Shown piece by piece: positions 1 through 8,291 of a stretch of DNA of 64,000 bases (positions are counted from its first letter, which is position 1; every line of letters starts with the position of its first letter). The position numbers and the translations under genes were made by a program. The DNA comes from an uncultured Holophaga sp. (GTDB lineage Bacteria; Acidobacteriota; Holophagae; Holophagales; Holophagaceae). The notes below the pieces were generated by a model, which saw nothing but the letters and a program-made list of their open reading frames with translations, did not search any database and had not been told where the DNA came from. The stretch lies in the NCBI GenBank assembly GCA_963664825.1, contig OY761614.1:2528001-2592000 (forward strand), read 5' to 3'.

Positions 1-96
1 GGTCCGGCGTAGTGCGTAGCTGTGCTGCTCGGGTTCCCCCTGATGCCCCTCGGTCTGCCAGGACCAAGGAAAACGGCATGGGGGGATGTTCTTTTA

Positions 97-567
97 TTAG
101 GCTATTTGGTTATCTTTCGTCTGTGCTCTGAGTTTGTATTCTGAGTTTGTAACAGAATTATACCTTCCTTCTTTGCCTGCATTTATCGCTACTCCGCGCC
201 ATAATTCATCATCTTTGCACCTGCGATTTAGTGCTTCCATTTCTTCTGGGCCGTAATCTTTATTGAGTTTTTTGTATTTTTCTCGCTCGTGGATTGTGAG
301 CAACATAACTCCTTCTTGCCAATCAATAAACTCTTGAGTGTTTCTAAAACCCATCTCGATGGCATATTTTTGATTTGCCATTCGCCATTGCTCTTCGGGC
401 CTCGCAAGGGAAATTAAACGTAGGAGCGCTTGGGTCCTAGAAACGCCGAATCCACCCTCTTGAGACAGGAAGGCGGCGTATTGGTCAAGCCATTCCAGCG
501 TCTCGGGGGGGAGCCGGAATGCGGCCTGGATTGTCTTGGGTTCGTCCATGTTCCCAATGTAAACCAA
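97..567 (-). CDS. Hypothetical protein with possible N-terminal ribbon-helix-helix DNA-binding motif; low GC, likely prophage/ICE remnant
   Basis: 156-aa ORF; AFRLPPETLEWLDQYA...VSRTQALLRLI resembles CopG/RHH; lies next to an integrase fragment. Confidence 0.5.
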   Translation of the reverse strand: MVYIGNMDEPKTIQAAFRLPPETLEWLDQYAAFLSQEGGFGVSRTQALLRLISLARPEEQWRMANQKYAIEMGFRNTQEFIDWQEGVMLLTIHEREKYKKLNKDYGPEEMEALNRRCKDDELWRGVAINAGKEGRYNSVTNSEYKLRAQTKDNQIA

Positions 568-606
568 TCGGTCCCACTGTCAACATCCATGAACAATCTT
601 TTTTTC

Positions 607-838
607 TCATGGCTTTAAGTTCTTCTTCTTGCGTGACTTATCCCCGCCGAATCCCTCGATTGCTTCCCCGATCTGCTCAACCGCGGCCCGCAGCGGGTCC
701 AGGTCGGCATGGGAATACCGCTCCGTGGTCTTGGAGCTGGCATGGCCCAGGAGCTTCTGACGAAGGGTGATGTTCTGATTGAGGGTCACTGAGAGGGTGC
801 CGAAGGAATGCCGGAGGTCGTGCATCCGAACGTCTGGA
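607..838 (-). pseudogene. C-terminal fragment of a phage-type tyrosine recombinase, truncated by IS66
   Basis: DVRMHDLRHSFGT (HxxR) and LLGHASSKTTERY (H, catalytic Y) motifs; frame runs into the IS end at 839. Confidence 0.85.
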
Positions 839-2466
839 GTATCGATTCACCCCCCTTGTCCCTGTGACCACGTAAGCCGGTGGCAGGCAGCCATGATGGG
901 CTGGTGATGTCCCGCTTGCCCTGGCAGCCTCAGGCTGGTTCCAGTGCCGGTAGGGGCTGGTTGGATCGGGCGGAGTGGAGGGCCCTGAGCAGCCAGTCGA
1001 AGTAGGGGACGCCGCGGATGCGGGCGGTGGTGCCCAGGCTCAGGAGGCGTTCGAAGAATCGCTTTCCGTCCGCGCTGGGCAGTCGCTGGAAGATCCGCTT
1101 GAGGATCACGAGGGGGCGCAGGGCCCGCTCGGCCGCATTGTTCGTCGGCTCCACGCCCTCGACCTTCAGGAACACCCAGAGCTTGTCCCATTTCCGGAGG
1201 AGGTCCTTCCCGAGGTTTCGGGCGGCCTTGTGATCCATCGCGCTGGCCTGGATCAGACCGCGTTTGAGCCGCGCCAGATTGATGGCGGTGCAGGCCCGGA
1301 GCTCTTTCCGGCTGATGTCGCCCGCCCGGAAGGTGTGCCACAGCGCAAAGATCTCCTCCTGCTCGGCGAGCAGTCGCTTTCCCAGTGCGGCCACCTCGGG
1401 CTTCTGGGATTCGCTCAGGGCGACGAACTCGCGGCGCAAATGGGCCCAGCAGAACTGGCGAACGGCAGATTTTAAGGCGTTGTAGGCGCCGTAGCGGTCC
1501 GTGCCAATCACGCCTTGGAAGTCCTCGGGAAGTATCGCCTTTAGGGCCCTCGCCCCACGGGTGTCACTGAAGTGGAAGAGGGCCGTACGGGCGGAAAGGG
1601 CCACCCAGATCCAGTCCCGGTCCTTCCGGCCGAAGCCGGTCTCGTCGAGGTTGAGCACATCCGCCGTACGGATCTGCTGGGAGAGGTCCTCCCAGGCGGG
1701 GAGTAGGTGGCTCCCCAGCGCCACACCGCTCTCGTGCAGCCAACCGCGTGAGACCGCTACGCCCGTCATCTCCGAGAGGAAACGCTGGAGCGGCGTCAGG
1801 CTCATGCGGCCCTCTGTGCGCAGATAGGCCGCCGCAGCCTGAAGGCGCGGGCCGATCCCGCCCGGCGCAGCCTCTGGGGGAAGCGGCGCCTGCACCTTCC
1901 TCTGGCAGTGCGGGCAGATCCCCTCCTCCAGCGCGTAGGCGATGACTTCTGTGAGGCGCTGAGCCAGATCCACCACCCGGTGCAGGCGCGTCCCGGTGAT
2001 GGCCCCTGAAGGAACCTCGCCTCGGCAGTGGGGGCAACAGGCGAGGGGCACCGAAACCGTACGGTCCTCGCTGCCTTCCGGCAGCATCACCCGAGCGGAT
2101 CCCTTCCGTCCCGGTTGGCCGCCGCGCTTGCGCCCCGTGGGCGGCGCCGGTGGCTTGGGTGGCGCCGCGGGTCCGTCCGAACTGGGGGGCTTGCTGCTGT
2201 TGCGACTGTCCTTCCCGAGGCGATCCTGGAGCGACTCCAGCAATTTTTCCAGGCGTTCCATCGCCTCCCGCAGGCAGACCATTTCCGCACGCAGTTCCCC
2301 GTTCTCGGCAGCCAGGGCCAGATAACGCGGATCAGTCAGAACAGGATCAAGCTCCATCCTTCAGAATCTGACTGGTTTGAGACCAAAGTACAAGCGAATT
2401 ATTCACTTGCGGTGATTTTATCCTCAATCACGAGTTGAGCCTGCATGGGGGGGGGTGAATCGATAC
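839..2466 (-). mobile_element. IS66-family element (single-ORF, ISBst12-like), copy 1, 1628 bp
   Basis: Terminal inverted repeats GTATCGATTCACCCCCC at both ends; near-identical to 23802-25429; no TSD (CGTCTGGA vs TCCCCTTT). Confidence 0.92.
930..2357 (-). CDS. IS66-family DDE transposase (TnpC-like)
   Basis: Leucine zipper, SRNSSKPPSSD, CPHC zinc fingers, LDETG, TDRYGAY, CWAHLRR, PTNNAAERALR. Confidence 0.93.
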   Translation of the reverse strand: MELDPVLTDPRYLALAAENGELRAEMVCLREAMERLEKLLESLQDRLGKDSRNSSKPPSSDGPAAPPKPPAPPTGRKRGGQPGRKGSARVMLPEGSEDRTVSVPLACCPHCRGEVPSGAITGTRLHRVVDLAQRLTEVIAYALEEGICPHCQRKVQAPLPPEAAPGGIGPRLQAAAAYLRTEGRMSLTPLQRFLSEMTGVAVSRGWLHESGVALGSHLLPAWEDLSQQIRTADVLNLDETGFGRKDRDWIWVALSARTALFHFSDTRGARALKAILPEDFQGVIGTDRYGAYNALKSAVRQFCWAHLRREFVALSESQKPEVAALGKRLLAEQEEIFALWHTFRAGDISRKELRACTAINLARLKRGLIQASAMDHKAARNLGKDLLRKWDKLWVFLKVEGVEPTNNAAERALRPLVILKRIFQRLPSADGKRFFERLLSLGTTARIRGVPYFDWLLRALHSARSNQPLPALEPA

Positions 2467-3785
2467 TCCCCTTTTCTGAGGGGAGGTGCCCATGGAGGGC
2501 GCAATGGAAGTGGTGCACAGCGTGGCCTGTGGGCTGGACGTGCACGCGGCGGTGGTGGTGGCGTGCCTGGTGCGGACGGGCCTGAATGGAGGCCCGCACT
2601 ACGAGGAGCGTTCGTTCGGGACCGGGCTCGCGGAGCTGAAGGAGCTCCGGGATTGGCTTGTAGCCAGCGGGTGCCAGATGGCCGGGATGGAGGCGACCGG
2701 GGTGTACTGGATGCCAGTGCACGGTGTGCTGGAGGGAAAGGTGCCGGTGGTGGTGGGGAACCCGCAGCACATGAAGGGGCTCCGCGGGCATAAGACGGAC
2801 CGTAAGGACGCGAAGTGGATTGCGACGCTGGTGCGGCATGACCTGATCCGGGGGAGCTTCGTGCCGCCGCCCGAATTTCGGGACGCTCGGGAGCTGACAC
2901 GCTTCCGGCGGCAGCTGATCCAGGCCCGGACGGCGGTGCGGAACGAGATCCAGCGCCTCCTGGCGCGGCAGGGGATCACGTTCGGCACGGTGCTGAGCAA
3001 CGTGTTCGGAGCCTCGGGGATGGCGATCCTGGAGGCACTGGCCGAGGGGCGGAGCGTGCTGGAGGAACTGCCGAAGCTCGTGCATCGGTCGGTGCGGGTG
3101 AAGCTTCCGATGCTGAGCGCAGCCCTGGAGGCGCCCATGGCGGACATTCCGAGGTATCTGCTGATGACGCAGCTCCAGCGGCTGGAGGCGGTGGAGGAGG
3201 ACATCCAGACGATCGAGCAAAAGATCGCGGCGCACCTGGAGCCCCACAAGGCCAAGCTGGAACTGCTGATGACGATCCCCGGCGTGAGCCTGACCTCGGG
3301 GTGCATCATCCTGGCGGAGATCGGCGTGGATATGACCTGCTGGCCGACGGCGAAGCACCTGTCGGCGTGGGGCGGGGTGGCGCCAGGGTGCCGGGAGAGT
3401 GGCGGGAAGACGCATCGGGCCGGAACCCGGAAGGGGAATCCCTACCTGTGCAGCACGCTCGTGGAATGTGCCGGCGCAGCCGTGAAGAAGAAGGACTGCC
3501 ACCTGGGGCGAAAGTATCGGCACCTGGCGGCCCAGACCGGCAGCAAGAAGAAGGCACTCATCGCGATCGCCAGGAAACTGCTCGTGCTGGTGTACAACCT
3601 GCTGGGCCAAGGAGGACCTTATGAAGAGCCGAAGCCAAAGGACCTGACGGACGAGAAGCGGAGGAAGGCCGTCCAGAGGCATCTGCGAGAACTGGCCAAA
3701 CTGGGCGTTTCGGTGGACCTGCTCCCGATCGAACTCGAAATACAACATGCCTAGAAACAATCAGTTCGATTGACTTTCATGGCAG
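2467..3785 (+). mobile_element. IS110 element; left non-coding end truncated by IS66
   Basis: Only ~20 bp remain upstream of the ORF; right end inferred at TTTCATGGCAG ~30 bp after the stop codon. Confidence 0.65.
2486..3754 (+). CDS. IS110-family transposase (DEDD recombinase)
   Basis: GLDVH, MEATG, KTDRKDA (DEDD) and TIPGVS...RESGGK...RKGN motifs. Confidence 0.93.
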   Translation: MPMEGAMEVVHSVACGLDVHAAVVVACLVRTGLNGGPHYEERSFGTGLAELKELRDWLVASGCQMAGMEATGVYWMPVHGVLEGKVPVVVGNPQHMKGLRGHKTDRKDAKWIATLVRHDLIRGSFVPPPEFRDARELTRFRRQLIQARTAVRNEIQRLLARQGITFGTVLSNVFGASGMAILEALAEGRSVLEELPKLVHRSVRVKLPMLSAALEAPMADIPRYLLMTQLQRLEAVEEDIQTIEQKIAAHLEPHKAKLELLMTIPGVSLTSGCIILAEIGVDMTCWPTAKHLSAWGGVAPGCRESGGKTHRAGTRKGNPYLCSTLVECAGAAVKKKDCHLGRKYRHLAAQTGSKKKALIAIARKLLVLVYNLLGQGGPYEEPKPKDLTDEKRRKAVQRHLRELAKLGVSVDLLPIELEIQHA

Positions 3786-3987
3786 GCGGTGCGAGACATT
3801 GCATGTGGTTGATCCGGACAAGTGGTGATGAACGTGCGTGCTAAATGCTAATCAGAATGGGCGCTTGAATGTTGCGAATATGCTTGTTTATGGAGAACGT
3901 TGGAATTTTGGGAGTGCTGACCTTTAATCTTGTGACCGATGTGAAAATGGGCGGCGCGAAGATCGTGTTCAGATTGATTGAGAAGAC

Positions 3988-4110
3988 GCCTAACGATACG
4001 AGCTAACCGGCGCTGCCGAAGCGGCGCGGTGAGCGGGGATGAGAAATCGGAAAGAACGGCGAGGACGGTGCCTCGCAGAGGCAGCGTCTAGGTTGAGCGA
4101 CCGGTTAGGC
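3988..4110 (-). repeat. attC site
   Basis: GCCTAAC...GCTAAC (L)...GTTGAG (L)...GTTAGGC, 123 bp imperfect palindrome. Confidence 0.9.
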
Positions 4111-4388
4111 GAGAACGCAGCGTTGGTGCGGGCCGCGATGGTTCGAAGCGATCCGATTGGATTGGCGTTCCTGGACCTGGAAGCTTGCATGGGCAAATCG
4201 GAGAAATGGGCCGAGAAGAGCCGTGCTGCTGAATTGGAAAGGCCGTTGGGCTAGGCGCGTGTTCGAATTGTCGGAGCGTACTCGGAACGATGATAGCGGT
4301 TTTATCGATTAAGTTGACGTGGCTGGATAGTTGGAAGGAAAGCGCTGGGAGAGTTTTGCAGTTCAGCAACGCCAGAAAGCCAGGAGAC
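4111..4388. other. ORF-less gene cassette, copy A
   Basis: Lies between two attC sites; no credible ORF; 12 substitutions versus 9135-9412. Confidence 0.75.
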
Positions 4389-4511
4389 GCCTAACGATTG
4401 GAGTTAACCGGCGCTGCCGAAGCGGCGCGGTGGTGAGAGACGAGAAATCCGAACGCTGATCGAGGACGGTGACTCGCAGAGGCAGCGTCCGGGTTGAACG
4501 ATTGGTTAGGC
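4389..4511 (-). repeat. attC site
   Basis: Same architecture, 123 bp. Confidence 0.9.
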
Positions 4512-5093
4512 ATGCCGGGATGCACGCTTAAGTTGCTTGAGAAGGTCAAGGACATCTCCAGAACAACCGCTGCCGGAGAAATCGAGGGGGCCGACCCCCA
4601 GGGCCAAACCAACCAAGTCACAGTATTGCTGTATGTCTTCTATGAATTTGAGCAACTCTTGTTCTGATGTTTCTCCGAGTGGAGCGCCCTGAACTTGATG
4701 TGCATAGTCAAAATGGGCGATGAATTTATCGCGAGCGGGTTTTAGTTTTTCACCGTATTCAACGATAGAGCCGCCTGTCGTCGATATTTCTGAGGACAAC
4801 AAATCTATGCGCTTGAGTGCCCGATTCAATAGCTGGACAGTGATGTTGTAGTGAATACCATCTTTGCGTTTTGATTCGGGCGGATCAGAAAGTTTACATG
4901 CTTGAAGTATCCAATCTCGCTGAAGAATATTGGCAATGTCGGTAAAAAATGTCGGCGCTGTTTTAGAAAGAATTTCGCGAGATGATTCGTTGAATAATTC
5001 TATATAAGTGTTGTAGTCGCGCCTGAGGCGGATGCAGTGATCTCGGAGATGAGTGAAGATCTCGATGGCGTAATCGGATTCGCTCATTGGCAT
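4506..5093 (-). CDS. Cassette gene: putative HEPN-domain (AbiU2-like) protein
   Basis: Helical protein with RDKFIAHFD (Rx5H) motif; stop codon lies in the attC R'' box. Confidence 0.6.
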   Translation of the reverse strand: MPMSESDYAIEIFTHLRDHCIRLRRDYNTYIELFNESSREILSKTAPTFFTDIANILQRDWILQACKLSDPPESKRKDGIHYNITVQLLNRALKRIDLLSSEISTTGGSIVEYGEKLKPARDKFIAHFDYAHQVQGAPLGETSEQELLKFIEDIQQYCDLVGLALGVGPLDFSGSGCSGDVLDLLKQLKRASRHA

Positions 5094-5215
5094 GCCTAAC
5101 GAGTGAGTTAACCGGCGCTACCGAAGCGGCGCGACGAGGGGAGTGTAGAAATCGGAGCGATTGGTGGTGATTGTAAGAACAAGAGGTAGCGTCCGGGTTG
5201 AACGATTGGTTAGGC
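5094..5215 (-). repeat. attC site
   Basis: GCCTAAC...GTTAGGC, 122 bp. Confidence 0.9.
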
Positions 5216-5243
5216 CGAAATGGGATCAACAACAATGCCAGCT

Positions 5244-5462
5244 TTAAACACCTAATTCAGAACGTAGAGAAGTTAAATATTGAATCGCTGTGTCGAAAAT
5301 TGGCCCGGCACATGCCTTGCAAAAATTTTCGACGTCCCTAAGGCCGTGTTTGACAACGAGGTGCTGTTCGCCTGGAGCAATTTCACAAGAGTAGTGACAA
5401 GTCCTGGTGGCTTTGGCCTTGTCGATTTTGATATTGACGGTAATGTTTTTGCTTTTAGCCAT
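5244..5462 (-). CDS. Cassette gene: small putative zinc-finger protein
   Basis: 72 aa, CHYSC...CKAC; AGGAG RBS upstream. Confidence 0.65.
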   Translation of the reverse strand: MAKSKNITVNIKIDKAKATRTCHYSCEIAPGEQHLVVKHGLRDVENFCKACAGPIFDTAIQYLTSLRSELGV

Positions 5463-5500
5463 GCTTCACTCCTTGAGAGTTGCAGGTTGGTTCGTGAGAG

Positions 5501-5622
5501 GCCTAACGAGTGAGTTAACCGGCGCTACCGAAGCGGCGCGACGATGGGAGTGTAGGAATCAGAGCGATTGGTGGTGGTTGTAAGAACAAGAGGTAGCGTC
5601 CGGGTTGAACGATTGGTTAGGG
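5501..5622 (-). repeat. attC site
   Basis: GCCTAAC...GTTAGGG; R'' matches the CCCTAAC at the start of its own cassette (6036). Confidence 0.9.
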
Positions 5623-5636
5623 CGAAGAGAGACATG

Positions 5637-6017
5637 CTAATTTAATTTGTAAAGGACTGTGAGTTTGAACTTTGCAGCATACGGTTTGCCGTCGATAAGA
5701 GCGGGAAGAAACCTGAATTGCATAGCGAAGGTTTCAGCACTGGCTCTTAATTCAACTGGACCTGATAAGATCTCTGTCTTGATTGGAATCCCCTTGTCAT
5801 CGAGAAGAATCATCACCTCGACTGTTCCGTGGATTCCGAGAGCCTTGGCTTCAGCAGGCTCATCAGGGGCTGGTGGTTGGTATTTAATCTCAACCTGAGT
5901 GAAAGCAAATTTCTTTCCATCCTTATCGTAGTAGGCCTTGGAGGGACGTACATCAGTGCTGGGCTTGGTGCAGGAGATGAGGCCCAAACACATGATGGTA
6001 AGGATTAGACAGCGCAT
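5637..6017 (-). CDS. Cassette gene: lipoprotein with TonB C-terminal domain
   Basis: Lipobox LISC; PAEAKALGIHGTVEV...FRFLPALIDGKP TonB_C pattern. Confidence 0.8.
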   Translation of the reverse strand: MRCLILTIMCLGLISCTKPSTDVRPSKAYYDKDGKKFAFTQVEIKYQPPAPDEPAEAKALGIHGTVEVMILLDDKGIPIKTEILSGPVELRASAETFAMQFRFLPALIDGKPYAAKFKLTVLYKLN

Positions 6018-6035
6018 TAGGTTCCTTAGAATGAG

Positions 6036-6158
6036 CCCTAACGATTGGAGTTAACCGGCACTACCGAAGCGGCGCGTTGAGGGGAGACGAGAAATCGGAA
6101 TGCTGGGAGGGGAAAGTGACTCGCAGAGGTAGCGTCCGAGTTGAACGATTGGTTAGGC
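6036..6158 (-). repeat. attC site
   Basis: CCCTAAC...GTTAGGC. Confidence 0.9.
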
Positions 6159-6173
6159 ACGATGCCGTATATA

Positions 6174-6452
6174 TCAATCTTGAGCTCTGCCGCCCTGGTC
6201 ATATGCAGCGCGTTTCCGCCACAATTTTTGCCCTTTCTCCCAAATAACATCGTCGCCTGTGAGTTTTTTGAACTCTTTCAGGACAGACTTGTCAATCGCG
6301 GTGCCTCCATTTTGATTGAAGTACCAATGGGGCTTACCGAATTTTGTCATTATCTGAACTACAGCAACCTCTTGATACAGGTAATGAACTTTGTTGAGCT
6401 CTTCGAGCATCCACTGAGCTACAGTTTTGGCATCAACTTCTTGCATGATCAC
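6174..6452 (-). CDS. Cassette gene: hypothetical protein (DUF6953-like), second gene of a two-gene cassette
   Basis: 92 aa; YFNQNGGTAIDKSVLKEFKKLT...WRKR pattern; ATGA overlap with the upstream ORF. Confidence 0.65.
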   Translation of the reverse strand: MIMQEVDAKTVAQWMLEELNKVHYLYQEVAVVQIMTKFGKPHWYFNQNGGTAIDKSVLKEFKKLTGDDVIWEKGQKLWRKRAAYDQGGRAQD

Positions 6453-6637
6453 TTCTCTTCGTTTGAGGCTTCAAGAACGCCCTCTATAAAATGATTGGAA
6501 TTTAACTTGGGACCCGCAAACCATTGGCAATGGTATTCAATTGGATCCATATCAGAATAGACATTTGCAACAGTCATTTTTGGGCCTCCAGATTTTAGGC
6601 AAACCTGCTGGCCTGTTTGGAATTTTGTCTTTTTCAT
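6449..6637 (-). CDS. Cassette gene: YodC/DUF2158-family small protein
   Basis: FQTGQQVCLKSGGPKMTV...CQWF motif; GGAGG RBS. Confidence 0.8.
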   Translation of the reverse strand: MKKTKFQTGQQVCLKSGGPKMTVANVYSDMDPIEYHCQWFAGPKLNSNHFIEGVLEASNEEK

Positions 6638-6661
6638 GAAGTACCTCCTGGTTGATAGAGT

Positions 6662-6786
6662 GCCTAACGAAAGGAGTTAACCGGACCAACAGCCGGTGGG
6701 ATGTTCGAGGGGGACGAGAAAGCGGGATGCATGGGGGAGATTGGAAGACTGTGGCTGTTGGGTCCGGGTTGAACGATTGGTTAGGC
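6662..6786 (-). repeat. attC site (variant type shared with 10100)
   Basis: GCCTAAC...CCGGACCAACAGC...GCTGTTGGGTCCGG...GTTAGGC. Confidence 0.9.
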
Positions 6787-7053
6787 CGATGTTGACCATT
6801 TTCGTGATAGGTACCTAGCAAGAAAGAATGTGCCGATATTAAGACAGAAATGCGTAAGAGCCATTTGGAAAGCTTGAAGATGCGTTAGATATTCTTGATC
6901 GCCACCGAGATAGCCAAAGCCGATTGGTATCCGAAATTCCGGGATGTCGGTAACGAACCACACGCGACTTGGGAGAGCCAAGGAGAGGACGAGGAAGGTC
7001 CACCAACACACCCAAACAACCCTCTGTCTTCTCGTTCTTTGTAGGACGGGCAT
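6781..7053 (-). CDS. Cassette gene: small membrane protein
   Basis: 90 aa, two hydrophobic segments; fills the cassette; stop codon in R''. Confidence 0.6.
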   Translation of the reverse strand: MPVLQRTRRQRVVWVCWWTFLVLSLALPSRVWFVTDIPEFRIPIGFGYLGGDQEYLTHLQAFQMALTHFCLNIGTFFLARYLSRKWSTSA

Positions 7054-7059
7054 TGTGAT

Positions 7060-7181
7060 GCCTAACGAGTGAGTTAACCGGCGCTACCGAAGCGGCGCGA
7101 CGAGTGGAGACGAGGAATCGGAATGGCCGATGAGGACGCTGCCTCGCAGAGGTAGCGTCCGGGTTGAACGATTTGTTAGGC
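7060..7181 (-). repeat. attC site
   Basis: GCCTAAC...GTTAGGC. Confidence 0.9.
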
Positions 7182-7198
7182 TGGTGCCGTGCATGAGG

Positions 7199-7345
7199 TC
7201 ATTGCTGGTGTTCGTTGAGTCGCTTTTCTAATTTGCGAACCTTGAAGAAGGCGATGACCCCAAGGATGCCACCGCCAAGGCAGACAACGCCGATAAGGCA
7301 GCCAGGAATCATCAAAACGAGTTCAGTAAGTCCGAGATTGCCCAC
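7199..7345 (-). CDS. Cassette gene: 48-aa single-pass membrane microprotein (not in ORF track)
   Basis: AGGAGG RBS then GTG; MGNLGLTELVLMIPGCLIGVVCLGGGILGVIAFFKVRKLEKRLNEHQQ. Confidence 0.75.
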   Translation of the reverse strand: MGNLGLTELVLMIPGCLIGVVCLGGGILGVIAFFKVRKLEKRLNEHQQ

Positions 7346-7364
7346 TGGGCCTCCTTGAATTGCA

Positions 7365-7487
7365 GCCTAACGATCGGAGCTAACCGGCGCTGCCGAAGCG
7401 GCGCGGAGCGAGAGTGACGAGAAATCCGAACGATGGTGAGGACGGTGCCTCGCAGAGGCAGCGTCCGGGTTGAGCGATTGGTTAGGC
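7365..7487 (-). repeat. attC site
   Basis: GCCTAAC...GTTAGGC. Confidence 0.9.
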
Positions 7488-7488
7488 A

Positions 7489-8046
7489 TTAGATGGCAAC
7501 AGGTTCGAGCATGAGTTCAATTTCAGGAGGCAAATTCCTTGGTTGCAAAATTGAACCGAGCTTTTTTTTGAGAAATGTAACGAGAATCCAAATAGAGATT
7601 CGCATGTCGGTAAGAACAAACCAGAATTTTTGATTATCAAGGGCTGATCCGCTTAATGATTCTGGATTCAGTTTTTCAGCATGGCTGGAAAACGAGTTCA
7701 ATTGAGCCGTGATTTCCTGAACGAGTCGCTCAAGCGAACGATCGGACCAAACGCCCCGAGACAAAGTTCGGATCTCTTTTCTAACTTCATAAAGGCTTGT
7801 CATTGCGTGTTTAGGGCACTCATCTTGGCCGCATTCGTAGAAAAGGCGACGTGAATCAATTTCATTAACAATATCGTGGACTTTGTTTAAATCTGGATCC
7901 TTGATTTCAATACTTCCAATCTTGAAGCAACCGTTTGCGGCGGCTTGTCGGAAAACGGAAACCAGATTTTTCATCAATCCTTCTGAACGAGCCAAGAGCA
8001 TTGCATCTGTGATATTCGCATCGACATGAAAATTTCTGAGGCTCAT
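7489..8046 (-). CDS. Cassette gene: hypothetical protein (possibly DUF6650-like)
   Basis: 185 aa, AGGAG RBS; DSRRLFY...SLYEVRKEI motif. Confidence 0.6.
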   Translation of the reverse strand: MSLRNFHVDANITDAMLLARSEGLMKNLVSVFRQAAANGCFKIGSIEIKDPDLNKVHDIVNEIDSRRLFYECGQDECPKHAMTSLYEVRKEIRTLSRGVWSDRSLERLVQEITAQLNSFSSHAEKLNPESLSGSALDNQKFWFVLTDMRISIWILVTFLKKKLGSILQPRNLPPEIELMLEPVAI

Positions 8047-8064
8047 CTGGATCTCCTGGGTAAT

Positions 8065-8110
8065 GCCTAACTTTGAATTGGACGAACCCGACGAAGTGCT
8101 TCGTAGTTCG
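8065..8110 (-). other. Second attI-like site inside the array
   Basis: GCCTAACTTTGAATTGGACG versus GCCTAACTTTAAATTGGACG at 10641 (19/20); no attC structure here. Confidence 0.75.
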
Positions 8111-8291
8111 CCTAATCGGGGTTGAGTGGAAGTGTAAATGTTGACAGAACCGTGAAGCTAGAAAAAGGGGGAAGCGGAATAGGCAGACAGGAAATGGGCG
8201 GATGGGAGGGCGTTTTGGGAGGGGAGCCGAAGGAGACAAGTTTCATATGAGTACGCCCGAAATTTTAGGCAAATCGCGCCTCGGGTAAGCG

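Noticed and set aside
2399..3760. Long antisense ORFs (453 aa here; also 10825-11826, 20792-22546, 25681-27138, 46634-48298)
   Set aside because: Shadow frames of high-GC genes with no recognisable motifs
3990..4621. ORFs of 68-93 aa overlapping attC sites (also 6038-6250, 6552-6821, 8332-8553, 9014-9393, 10115-10324)
   Set aside because: They read through attC palindromes, lack RBSs, and duplicate copies show mostly non-synonymous changes
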